A stretch of 64,000 bases of DNA, from the IMG/VR virus record IMGVR_UViG_3300017917_003379. One strand, given 5' to 3'. Below are positions 10,566-19,400 of this stretch, piece by piece. The first letter of the stretch is position 1; every line of letters starts with the position of its first letter. This DNA is from a virus. Made by a program: the position numbers and the translations under genes. Under the pieces are notes generated by a model that saw only the letters and a program-made list of their open reading frames with translations, was not told where the DNA came from and ran no database searches.

Positions 10566-12416
10566 ATGGATGTAACACAAGAGATTTTATCGGAAATTAC
10601 TACTTATATGAAATATTCTAAGTATGTACCCGATTTGAAGAGAAGAGAAACATGGTATGAGTTAGTAACTCGAAACAAAGAAATGCACCTAGAAAAATTC
10701 CCACAATTAAAAAATGAAATCGAGGAAGCTTATAAATTGGTATATGATAAAAAAGTTCTACCATCGATGCGTTCATTACAATTCGCAGGTAAACCCATTG
10801 AACTTAATAATGCTCGTATATTTAATTGTTCTTTTTTGCCTATTGATGATTGGCGTTCATTCTCAGAAATAATGTTTTTATTACTTTCAGGATGTGGAGT
10901 AGGCTATTCAATACAAAACCATCATATTGAAAAACTTCCTGAAATTAAAATTCCTACAAAAACAAAACGTTATTTAGTAGGGGACAGTATTGAAGGATGG
11001 GCAGATGCTGTTAGGATGCTCTGTAAAGCTTATTTTCAAGGTACTCCTTTACCTCTATTTGATTTTAGAGATATTCGCCCTAAAGGTGCTCAATTAATTA
11101 CAGTAGGTGGTAAAGCTCCTGGTCCTGAACCTCTTAAAGAATGTTTGTTTAACCTTCAAAAAATATTTGATCGTAAAAAAACAGGCGATAAATTAAGTTC
11201 ACTAGAAGCACATGATATGGCTTGTTATATTGCTGATGCTGTATTAAGTGGTGGTATTCGTCGAGCTGCTCTAATTGCTTTATTTGATGTAGATGATGAA
11301 GAAATGCTAACATGTAAATTTGGCAATTGGTGGGAACAAAATCCTCAACGTGGGCGTGCTAACAACTCAGCAGTAGTATTGCGCCACAAAATTAATGAAG
11401 AAGAATTCTTCAAACTATGGAAAAAAATTGAACTAAGCAATTCAGGAGAACCAGGTATTTACTTTTCAAATGATAAAGACTGGGGAACTAACCCATGCTG
11501 TGAAATTGCTTTACGTCCATATCAGTTTTGTAATTTATGTGAAGTAAATGTTTCAAATATTGAATCACAAGAAGATTTAAATGAAAGAGTACGTGTAGGT
11601 GCTTTTATTGGTACTTTACAAGCAGCATATACTGATTTTCATTATCTAAGAGATATTTGGAAAAAAACAACCGAAAAAGATGCTTTATTGGGTGTTGGTA
11701 TGACCGGTATTGGTAGTGGTGTTATTTTAAAATATGATTTGAAAAAAGCAGCCGAATTAGCTAAAGAAGAAAATGCTCGTGTTGCTGAAATTATTGGTAT
11801 TAATAAAGCAGCTCGCGTAACAACAGTTAAACCAAGTGGAACTAGCTCATTAGTGTTAGGTACTAGCTCTGGCATACATAGTTGGCATAATGATTATTAT
11901 ATTCGTAGAATCAGAGTAGGTAAAAATGAAACCATTTATACTTACCTATCAATCCACCACCCAGAATTGGTTGAAGATGATTTCTTTAAACCAACAATCC
12001 AAGCAGTAATTTCAGTACCACAAAAAGCACCTGAAAATTCTATTTTAAGAAACGAAGATGTAATTGATATGCTTGAACGTGTTAGAAAGTTTAATGTAGA
12101 ATGGGTTAAAAAAGGACACCGTAAAGGAGCCAATACTAATAACGTATCCGCTACAGTATCTATTAAAGAAAATGAATGGGAAAAAGTAGGTAAGTGGATG
12201 TGGGAAAATAAAGAAACATTTAATGGACTATCAGTACTACCTTATTTTGGAGGTTCGTATACTCAAGCACCATTTGAAGATATTACTAAAGAACAATTTG
12301 AAGAAATGGTAAAACACCTCCATCAAGTTGACTTAAGTAAAGTAGTTGAATTTGATGATAATACAGCATTGATGGATCAAGCCGCATGTGCTGGAGGTGC
12401 GTGTGAAATAGTGTAA
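10566..12416 (+). CDS. nrdJ: Class II (adenosylcobalamin-dependent) ribonucleotide reductase, monomeric type
   Basis: PSMRSL, FNCSF, TNPCCEI, TVKPSGT, C-terminal CAGGAC; no adjacent beta subunit. Confidence 0.9.
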   Translation: MDVTQEILSEITTYMKYSKYVPDLKRRETWYELVTRNKEMHLEKFPQLKNEIEEAYKLVYDKKVLPSMRSLQFAGKPIELNNARIFNCSFLPIDDWRSFSEIMFLLLSGCGVGYSIQNHHIEKLPEIKIPTKTKRYLVGDSIEGWADAVRMLCKAYFQGTPLPLFDFRDIRPKGAQLITVGGKAPGPEPLKECLFNLQKIFDRKKTGDKLSSLEAHDMACYIADAVLSGGIRRAALIALFDVDDEEMLTCKFGNWWEQNPQRGRANNSAVVLRHKINEEEFFKLWKKIELSNSGEPGIYFSNDKDWGTNPCCEIALRPYQFCNLCEVNVSNIESQEDLNERVRVGAFIGTLQAAYTDFHYLRDIWKKTTEKDALLGVGMTGIGSGVILKYDLKKAAELAKEENARVAEIIGINKAARVTTVKPSGTSSLVLGTSSGIHSWHNDYYIRRIRVGKNETIYTYLSIHHPELVEDDFFKPTIQAVISVPQKAPENSILRNEDVIDMLERVRKFNVEWVKKGHRKGANTNNVSATVSIKENEWEKVGKWMWENKETFNGLSVLPYFGGSYTQAPFEDITKEQFEEMVKHLHQVDLSKVVEFDDNTALMDQAACAGGACEIV

Positions 12417-12427
12417 TATTTATTGAT

Positions 12428-13069
12428 ATGATAAAACTAATAGATATATTAAATGAAGCTATAAATAAAGATATTGTTTATATCTACAGAAGTCAAAAAA
12501 GTTTACCCGATATTGAAGCCAATGGTATAAAAATGTCAGATAAAAATAAACAAAATTCTGAAGATTATAATATTCCTGATTATGGGTATACTTATTATAC
12601 CTCTACTAGTAAAAATTCTAACTGGATTGATAGAAATCCATATGGAAATGCTGATAATCCGTATACTGTAAGAGTATCTATAGACTTAAATAAAATAAAA
12701 AACGATAAAAATTATAGTTTTAAAGATTTAAATGATGTAGAAGGATGGAACTACCCAGAGTATCAAGAAGTAAGAATATATTCTAATACAAAAGATAGAA
12801 TACCCCCAGAATATATTAGTTCTATTGATATTCTTAGAAGAAAATCGGGAGATGAATATGGATGGGATTTTATTGGTAAACTTGACCTAGAACCAGAAGT
12901 AAAAGCATACATTGATAATACTTTTAAAGAAAACCCAGACTTAGATGAAGATTCGTTCCCATACGATGAAATGTATGATTATTTTACAGAATTTTGGAAT
13001 CATGAAGATGAGTCTTATGATGATGTTTCTCGAGAAGTTATAGATTATATAAGATCTAAAGTTAGTTAA
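12428..13069 (+). CDS. MIKLIDILxE-leader protein; putative ADP-ribosyltransferase-fold protein
   Basis: 10-aa leader shared with 23979; YIYR, YTSTS and EYQEVR resemble the R-S-E ART triad; IPPEYI follows. Confidence 0.45.
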   Translation: MIKLIDILNEAINKDIVYIYRSQKSLPDIEANGIKMSDKNKQNSEDYNIPDYGYTYYTSTSKNSNWIDRNPYGNADNPYTVRVSIDLNKIKNDKNYSFKDLNDVEGWNYPEYQEVRIYSNTKDRIPPEYISSIDILRRKSGDEYGWDFIGKLDLEPEVKAYIDNTFKENPDLDEDSFPYDEMYDYFTEFWNHEDESYDDVSREVIDYIRSKVS

Positions 13070-13425
13070 TGAGTAAATTAATAGAAAATATTCATTATGT
13101 AATTGAAAAGAATAGGGCGGTATTTACTGCCCTATATCTTATTCAACAAGGAAAATGTTGTGGTAACGGTTGTAGAAATTGTCCTTATGATCCTAAACAC
13201 CAAAAAGAAAATGTGGTGTTGGCAAAAAAAATTCTTAATTTTGAAATTATGAGATTAGAAGAAATACAAAAACAACTTGAACAGATTCAATCAGTAAATT
13301 TTGAATCTACTCCTCCAGAACAATTAGAAAAAATAATTGAACAATTAGTATCAATGGTTGATACTGGAGAAGAATTATTAAATAATGAAATACAAAAAAT
13401 CAATACAGATGAACCAGACAATTGA
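13069..13425 (+). CDS. DUF5522-like Cys-rich domain fused to a coiled-coil segment (possible internal start at 13249)
   Basis: CCGNGCRNCPY motif; internal promoter-like GGCAAAA...TAATTTTG before ATG 13249. Confidence 0.55.
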   Translation: MSKLIENIHYVIEKNRAVFTALYLIQQGKCCGNGCRNCPYDPKHQKENVVLAKKILNFEIMRLEEIQKQLEQIQSVNFESTPPEQLEKIIEQLVSMVDTGEELLNNEIQKINTDEPDN

Positions 13426-13618
13426 AGATGTTTTAATGGTAGTAGGATTATTAATACTAGCATGTTTATTATTTGGAGGCCCACTAATGTTATTATGGAA
13501 TTGGCTTATGCCTGAAATATTTGGTTTGCCTTATATTACATTTTGGCAAGCATTTGGATTACAACTTATGTCTGTTTTACTATTTAAATCATCTAATGCT
13601 AAATTAAAAAAAGATTAA
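13385..13618 (+). CDS. Small membrane protein
   Basis: Two hydrophobic segments, LWNWLMP.IFGLP.ITFWQA. Confidence 0.6.
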   Translation: MKYKKSIQMNQTIEDVLMVVGLLILACLLFGGPLMLLWNWLMPEIFGLPYITFWQAFGLQLMSVLLFKSSNAKLKKD

Positions 13619-13619
13619 A

Positions 13620-14303
13620 ATGAAAAAAGGTTATATTTTAGCAGTAATTATTCTACTCTTAGTATTTACTGGTTGTAAAAAAATTCTTCAACTTAGAGAT
13701 GATCCGTATCCTTTTGAAAATGGCAAACGATCAAAGCTAGTCATGTTGTATCCTAAAGATACTAGAGGATATTATTTAGTTCCATTAGATACAACAACCA
13801 ATTCAAATTCATATAGCATCTATGTTGAAGCAACTAAATTAATTCCTTTCTATTGGTATAATGGAGTATCAGTAATGAGTGTTAAATTTGATTGTAATTC
13901 ACACTGGGTATTAGGAACAACATCAGGAGATTTAGCTGTTACATTACCATTATATAATCCGTTTACTAGTTTATATAGTAATCCTTATTTTAACACTCCG
14001 TTACCTGTTAGAGATACAGTTATAGTATTAAACCATTATAGAAATAGTATTGTGCCTGTAGTACAAGAATCAAATATATATTTAAAAGAATACTTTGCTG
14101 GTAATATGTATCAACCTGCTGATGAGTATCAACCTGAAGCAGGAATGTATTGGGGTAAACGTATTATAGGTCCTATTCCAAAGTATTTTAAAGATGATAC
14201 AATAACAGTATACTCTAAAATATTTTGGGATGCGGGAAATTATACTTATCTTCACCCAAATGAAACAACAAAAATTGATAGTGTAAAAATAATCTTTAAA
14301 TAA
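13620..14303 (+). CDS. Lipoprotein
   Basis: MKK + hydrophobic stretch + lipobox FTGC. Confidence 0.7.
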   Translation: MKKGYILAVIILLLVFTGCKKILQLRDDPYPFENGKRSKLVMLYPKDTRGYYLVPLDTTTNSNSYSIYVEATKLIPFYWYNGVSVMSVKFDCNSHWVLGTTSGDLAVTLPLYNPFTSLYSNPYFNTPLPVRDTVIVLNHYRNSIVPVVQESNIYLKEYFAGNMYQPADEYQPEAGMYWGKRIIGPIPKYFKDDTITVYSKIFWDAGNYTYLHPNETTKIDSVKIIFK

Positions 14304-14308
14304 AGTAT

Positions 14309-14773
14309 ATGAGTAAATTTCAATCAACAAAAGTATTTGATGGGTACAGTACAGTATTTCGTCAATGGAAAGCAGAAGGTACACATTGTAAATACCTTCA
14401 TGGCTATGGAGTGTCGTTTAAAGTATGGTTTGAAGGTGAATTAGATGAGAAAAATTGGGTTTGGGATTTTGGAGGAGCGAAACGTGCTAAAGGTAAAATT
14501 GATGATATGAACCCTAAAGAATGGATGGATTACATGTTTGACCATACTATGATTATTTCTGAAGATGATCCTTTCATTAATGCTTTTAAAGAAATGGATA
14601 AAGCAGGTGTGGCACAAATCCGTATTTTACCGGCAGTAGGTGCAGAGCAATTTGCTAAGTTTATTTTTGAAAAATTAAATACATTTATTCAAGAAGAAAC
14701 AAATAATCGAGTTAAAGTAGTTAGAGTAGAATTTATGGAACACAATAAAAATACAGCTATTTATGAAGGTTAG
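14309..14773 (+). CDS. queD: 6-carboxy-5,6,7,8-tetrahydropterin synthase
   Basis: C..LHGY, WVWDFG, FDH, GAE, E...N.A.Y; T-fold pattern; que gene context. Confidence 0.85.
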   Translation: MSKFQSTKVFDGYSTVFRQWKAEGTHCKYLHGYGVSFKVWFEGELDEKNWVWDFGGAKRAKGKIDDMNPKEWMDYMFDHTMIISEDDPFINAFKEMDKAGVAQIRILPAVGAEQFAKFIFEKLNTFIQEETNNRVKVVRVEFMEHNKNTAIYEG

Positions 14774-15548
14774 TCATGAACTCCCTCTTTCATTGATGCA
14801 TTATAGTTATGAATTTAATGACTATGAATATTGTTTACCAATATTTTTAGATAAATATGAACAATATCGTTTGTTCTTTCAACGAGCTAGATTAGACAAG
14901 AGATTCATAATTATGGATAATTCTCTCTTTGAAGGTTATACCCATACAGTAGAAGATTTATTTGACAAAATATACTTAATTCATCCTAGCATATTCATTG
15001 TACCTGATGAATGGAATAATTCAGCTGCTACTCTTAAAAATGCTAAACATTGGATGATAAATTACAAACAACATCTGCCTAAAGAAACAGAATTAATGGC
15101 AGTATGTCAAGGTAATACCATGGGTGAATTGATCACAACATACCAAACATTAGTAGATTTAGGTTACAAACATATTGCTTTCAACCATGCTAGCGCAGCA
15201 TATACTAACTATTATCCTAATCATAGTAAATTATATGCTCAAATGTATGGTAGAATTGAATTAATCAGACAATTAGTTGAAACTAATACTGTTAGAAAAG
15301 ATATATGGCATCATATGTTAGGAGCAAGTGATTGGCGTGAATTTCAAGCATATACTGAATTCGATTGGGTTAAATCGATTGATACATCTGCTCCTATAAT
15401 TAATGGGGCTTTAGGTGTAAAACTTAACCATGATGAACCATATGTTAAACCAGAAGCTAAATTAGAAAGCATTATGGAAGTAGATCTTACAGATAAAATG
15501 GATATTATACAACATAATGTAGAATTATTTAGAAAAAGTATTAAATAA
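14763..15548 (+). CDS. TGT-fold transglycosylase-like protein (candidate DpdA-type deazaguanine DNA insertase)
   Basis: IMDNSLFE, VPD, MAVCQG, HHMLG and SIDTS follow the order of TGT motifs; overlaps queD. Confidence 0.55.
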   Translation: MKVSHELPLSLMHYSYEFNDYEYCLPIFLDKYEQYRLFFQRARLDKRFIIMDNSLFEGYTHTVEDLFDKIYLIHPSIFIVPDEWNNSAATLKNAKHWMINYKQHLPKETELMAVCQGNTMGELITTYQTLVDLGYKHIAFNHASAAYTNYYPNHSKLYAQMYGRIELIRQLVETNTVRKDIWHHMLGASDWREFQAYTEFDWVKSIDTSAPIINGALGVKLNHDEPYVKPEAKLESIMEVDLTDKMDIIQHNVELFRKSIK

Positions 15549-15555
15549 TATTAGT

Positions 15556-15732
15556 ATGAGTAAATACGAACAATTAATTAAAGAAAAAGAAGAAAAAAAA
15601 CGTTTACAAGAATTAGCAAATGCAAAAGATGAACAAAAAGAAATAAGATCTGATATAAAAGGAATGATAGACTAACTAGCTCAAAACTTTAAAAAAATTA
15701 CAAATGAGTTATCAAAAAGAAGAAATGTATGA
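15556..15732 (+). CDS. Small coiled-coil protein (58 aa, not in ORF track)
   Basis: MSKYEQLIKEKEEKKRLQEL... fills the intergenic gap. Confidence 0.5.
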
Positions 15733-15740
15733 AACTTCAT

Positions 15741-15772
15741 TTTGATAAGGCAAAATATCTTTAATATATTTA
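15741..15772 (+). promoter_or_regulatory. Phage promoter
   Basis: TTTG-N20-TATATTTA with internal GGCAAAA. Confidence 0.65.
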
Positions 15773-15792
15773 TATAAATTAAAATAAAAATT

Positions 15793-16074
15793 ATGTTATC
15801 GCTTTATGATTATCTAGGTCAAGCCGCTGGTAAGGAATTAGGACAACAAGTAGCAGAATATGCTAAAATTAGAAAAACAAAATGCAGTATGCGTTATGTT
15901 TCTAATCCTAAATATAAAGGAAATGTAATATTATACACTAAAGAATTCTTGGATGAGTATTTCGAAGTAAAAAAACTATTTACAAAACCATATAATATTG
16001 ACTATACTGAAATTAATACTCAGTTAATGGAAGATAGTATTAAACAACAACAAAATGAATTAGAAAATGCATAA
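15793..16074 (+). CDS. Hypothetical protein
   Basis: SLYDYLG.AAG.ELG..V ORF downstream of a promoter. Confidence 0.6.
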   Translation: MLSLYDYLGQAAGKELGQQVAEYAKIRKTKCSMRYVSNPKYKGNVILYTKEFLDEYFEVKKLFTKPYNIDYTEINTQLMEDSIKQQQNELENA

Positions 16075-16918
16075 TAAAAAACAAGCAGTACTTAGTCTTT
16101 CTGGTGGTATGGATTCAAGTACTTTACTACTCCATCTACTTGCTAATGGTTATGAAGTTACAGCATTATCATTTGATTATGGGCAAAAACATAAAGTTGA
16201 ACTAGAACGAGCAAAAGATCTAGTAATGTATCTTAACCAACAATCAGGACCTAATGCCCTTATTAAACCTATAACTCACCAAATAATTAAAATTGATGGT
16301 TTACAACAATTACTTAATTCAGCATTAGTTGAAGGTGGTAAAGATGTTCCTGAAGGACATTACGAACAAAATAATATGAAAGAAACTGTTGTTCCTAATC
16401 GTAATAAGATTTTTAGTTCTATTATTCAAGCAGTAGCATTATCAATTGCTACTAAAGATGAAAAACAAGAAGTAGATATTGCGTTAGGTATTCATGCTGG
16501 TGACCATGCAATTTATCCTGACTGTAGACAAGAATTTAGAGATGCTGATATGGAAGCATTTAGAATTGGTAACTGGGATTCTGAACTAATTAAATTCTAT
16601 ACTCCTTATTTACATGCTGATAAATTTGGTATTTTAGAAGATGGTTTAAAAGCATGTGAGAAATTAAATTTAGACTTTAATGAAGTATATAAACGTACTA
16701 ATACATCTTATAAGCCAATTCAATTACAAGTAGGAAATTATTTAAATAATCTACAATGGTTTTCTGATTATAAATCAGCAGCATCAGTAGAACGTATTGA
16801 AGCATTTATTAAACTAGGACGTCCTGATCCTGTAGCATACGCTGATGAAACAGGACCTGTGAGTTGGGAAGTAGCTAAAGCACACGTAGAAAAAGTTTTA
16901 GCTGAACATCAAAAGTAA
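16067..16918 (+). CDS. queC: 7-cyano-7-deazaguanine synthase
   Basis: SGGMDS, FDYGQKH, VPNRN, YPDCR; C-terminus of Bacteroidota type (SDYKSAASVER). Confidence 0.93.
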   Translation: MHNKKQAVLSLSGGMDSSTLLLHLLANGYEVTALSFDYGQKHKVELERAKDLVMYLNQQSGPNALIKPITHQIIKIDGLQQLLNSALVEGGKDVPEGHYEQNNMKETVVPNRNKIFSSIIQAVALSIATKDEKQEVDIALGIHAGDHAIYPDCRQEFRDADMEAFRIGNWDSELIKFYTPYLHADKFGILEDGLKACEKLNLDFNEVYKRTNTSYKPIQLQVGNYLNNLQWFSDYKSAASVERIEAFIKLGRPDPVAYADETGPVSWEVAKAHVEKVLAEHQK

Positions 16919-16970
16919 GAAGGCAAAATAAAGATATTATCTTTAAGTAAACAAAAAACAATATATAGTT

Positions 16971-17207
16971 ATGAGTTATCAAACAAACGTTCGTGCAAAT
17001 TACATGAACAAGACAGCAAAATTGGCATTTTACAATGCTCGCAAGCGTGAAGGTGATACTGCTCGCCTTGCAGAAGAAACAGGTTACACCACCCGTTTTA
17101 TTAATTATGTGAAGCGTGGTGAACGTAGTGTAAATGATACTGTTGCTAATGCAATGTATAATCTCGCTCGTCGCCGCACTAAAATGAACAAATTAGCTAA
17201 TGCCTAA
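16971..17207 (+). CDS. Small basic HTH-like DNA-binding protein
   Basis: LAEETGYTTRFINYVKRGER; has its own promoter (16922-16945) and terminator. Confidence 0.55.
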   Translation: MSYQTNVRANYMNKTAKLAFYNARKREGDTARLAEETGYTTRFINYVKRGERSVNDTVANAMYNLARRRTKMNKLANA

Positions 17208-17213
17208 TTTATT

Positions 17214-17246
17214 GACATCCCCCGAAAGGGGGATGTTTTACTTTTT
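17214..17246 (+). terminator. Rho-independent terminator
   Basis: ACATCCCCC-GAAA-GGGGGATGT followed by T-rich tract. Confidence 0.85.
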
Positions 17247-17258
17247 AAAACTAAAAAC

Positions 17259-17483
17259 ATGAAGTGTATTAAAAATATAAAAACTGGAGAAATTGTTAGG
17301 GTTGAAGATAAATTGGCTCACCAAACTGTAGGTATTACTTGGCAATATATTTCTAAATCTGAATGGAAAGCAGCCACTAGAGTAGTAACTGAAAAACAAG
17401 AAGTAGAAGCTGAAAAGAAAGAAAAAACTGTGAGTGAAAAGGCTGTTAAACGTTCTAAACTTAAATCAAAACAAAGAAAATAA
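17259..17483 (+). CDS. Hypothetical basic protein
   Basis: 74-aa ORF, MKCIK..W.YISKSEWK. Confidence 0.6.
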   Translation: MKCIKNIKTGEIVRVEDKLAHQTVGITWQYISKSEWKAATRVVTEKQEVEAEKKEKTVSEKAVKRSKLKSKQRK

Positions 17484-17484
17484 T

Positions 17485-18048
17485 ATGATTCAGTTACCTA
17501 TAGCTAAAGAAAGAAACTTATACTTAGCTAAACAAGTCGATCAAGCATCCATTAATGAAATCAGTAAGGAGATTATTGATATAAATCAAAACGATGATTA
17601 TTTAGGAAAACTAGCTGAACTTCACGGAATGAAATATACGCCGAAACCGATTAAACTCTATATCGATTCATACGGTGGTTATGTATATCAGTGCTTAGGA
17701 CTGTTAGGGATTATTGATAAGTCGGTAGTACCCGTTCATACGATCGTAACAGGTGCTGCTATGAGCTGTGGATTTCTTATAGCAATTACCGGGCATAGAC
17801 GTTTTGCATATGACAATGCAACACACATGTATCACCAAGTTAGTTCTGTTATGTGGGGTAAGTTAAAAGATATGGAAGAAGATCTTGAAGAAACCAAACG
17901 CCTACAGTCTCTAATTGAAGAACATACTTTATCCCGTACTAAGATGACTAGAGAAATGCTTGAAAAAAATTATAAGAGTAAGAAAGATTGGTTTATTAAT
18001 ACCAAGCAAGCTTTGAAACTAGGTATTATAGATGAAATTATAAAATAA
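17485..18048 (+). CDS. clpP: ClpP-like serine protease
   Basis: IDSYGG, AMSCG (Ser), MYHQ (His), KDWF (Asp), LGIIDEI; ATG at 17485 preferred over the ORF-track start. Confidence 0.85.
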   Translation: MIQLPIAKERNLYLAKQVDQASINEISKEIIDINQNDDYLGKLAELHGMKYTPKPIKLYIDSYGGYVYQCLGLLGIIDKSVVPVHTIVTGAAMSCGFLIAITGHRRFAYDNATHMYHQVSSVMWGKLKDMEEDLEETKRLQSLIEEHTLSRTKMTREMLEKNYKSKKDWFINTKQALKLGIIDEIIK

Positions 18049-18053
18049 ATAAT

Positions 18054-18935
18054 ATGAGTAAAATAGATCCAAACAAGTTATTAATTAGTAGTGATTTCTA
18101 CAGCATCCAAGGTGAAGGAAAAAGTAGTGGTATTCCATCATACTTTGTACGCCTTGGCATCTGCAATCTTACTTGCGGTATGAGTAGAGTATTTGCTAAT
18201 AAATTAGCTAAAGAACAAACATTAGAAGACGGGGAAATATTTGTAGGTGATTTACATGCTGAAGGTAAAGCAACTTGGACTTGTGATTCTACAAGTCAGT
18301 GGTTATGGAGAGGTGAAGATAAAGAGTTTCAATATTTGATTGATCGTTGGAAAGAACAAGGTATCTATGAAGATATTAGAGATGGTATAATCCATATCAT
18401 TTGGACTGGTGGTGAACCTACAATTAAAGGACACCAGGAAGCAATTGTGAATTTCCATAAGTATTGGAAGTCAGTAGATCCAGAAATTGATTTATATGAT
18501 TTTGATGATCCTGAATATAATCCATTAAATGCTCATGGAATGTTTTATAATGAAATAGAAACTAATGGTACTGTTCATATTGAGGATAGTTTATTTTTAT
18601 TGTTAAATCAAATTAACTGCTCACCAAAGCTATCCAACTCAGGTATGACTGAAAAACAACGTATTGTACCTGCTGCTATTAAGCGCATTATGGAACATAG
18701 TAATTACCAATTCAAATTTGTTATCAGTACAGAAGATGATGTTAAAGAATTATTCCGTGACTTTGTAGAACCATTTAATATCCCACTCAAAAACGTTGTT
18801 TGCATGCCAGGATTAGATGATGTAGCTAATTTTGAAGAACGTACTCAATTCTGTCTTGAAATGGGGAAGAAATATAAGTTTAGGGCCCTTACACGGCTGC
18901 ACATAGCAGCGTGGAATAAAACATTAAACGTATAA
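18054..18935 (+). CDS. queE: 7-carboxy-7-deazaguanine synthase (radical SAM)
   Basis: FYSIQGEG, FVRLG.CNL.C, TGGEP, IETNG, CSPKL, RLH. Confidence 0.9.
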   Translation: MSKIDPNKLLISSDFYSIQGEGKSSGIPSYFVRLGICNLTCGMSRVFANKLAKEQTLEDGEIFVGDLHAEGKATWTCDSTSQWLWRGEDKEFQYLIDRWKEQGIYEDIRDGIIHIIWTGGEPTIKGHQEAIVNFHKYWKSVDPEIDLYDFDDPEYNPLNAHGMFYNEIETNGTVHIEDSLFLLLNQINCSPKLSNSGMTEKQRIVPAAIKRIMEHSNYQFKFVISTEDDVKELFRDFVEPFNIPLKNVVCMPGLDDVANFEERTQFCLEMGKKYKFRALTRLHIAAWNKTLNV

Positions 18936-19131
18936 GTTATGAGTAAAGAAGAAAAAGAAGAAATACTAAGAATATCTAAACATTTACAAGAACTAAAAGA
19001 TTGGTTAGATGACCAACCTGGACATCCTACTCATTTAAGTAACTTACCAACTTGGTTTTGGGAAACATGGGGTGAATGTATTGAAGACTTAAAATACTTA
19101 ACTAAATAAAACATTAAATGTATAAGTTATG
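18915..19131 (+). repeat. 27-bp direct repeat (18915-18941 and 19105-19131) flanking a small ORF
   Basis: AATAAAACATTAAAYGTATAAGTTATG twice, 190 bp apart, one mismatch. Confidence 0.85.
18939..19109 (+). CDS. Small hypothetical protein (56 aa) inside the direct-repeat cassette
   Basis: MSKEEKEEILRISKHLQELKDWLDDQPG...; TAAGTTATG leader. Confidence 0.55.
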   Translation: MSKEEKEEILRISKHLQELKDWLDDQPGHPTHLSNLPTWFWETWGECIEDLKYLTK

Positions 19132-19202
19132 GCTGAAATATGGTATAGAATAGTTTACATTCCCTTTATATATAAATTAATAAAGCATTAATTATATAGA
19201 AT

Positions 19203-19382
19203 ATGTTAGATCTTTTAGAAAAACGTATTATTAAAATACTTAAAAACAATAAAGTAAGTAATAACCACATAGAGATGTATATAGATGATATCTTTTCATT
19301 TAATAATAAAGAACTATATGAACAAGTAGACGACGAAGATATCGTATATGGATTTAATAAATGGTTAGGAGAGCAAAAATAA
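19203..19382 (+). CDS. Small hypothetical protein (59 aa)
   Basis: MLDLLEKRIIKILK... ORF filling the gap. Confidence 0.4.
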   Translation: MLDLLEKRIIKILKNNKVSNNHIEMYIDDIFSFNNKELYEQVDDEDIVYGFNKWLGEQK

Positions 19383-19400
19383 AAATCGTATATTTAAAAT

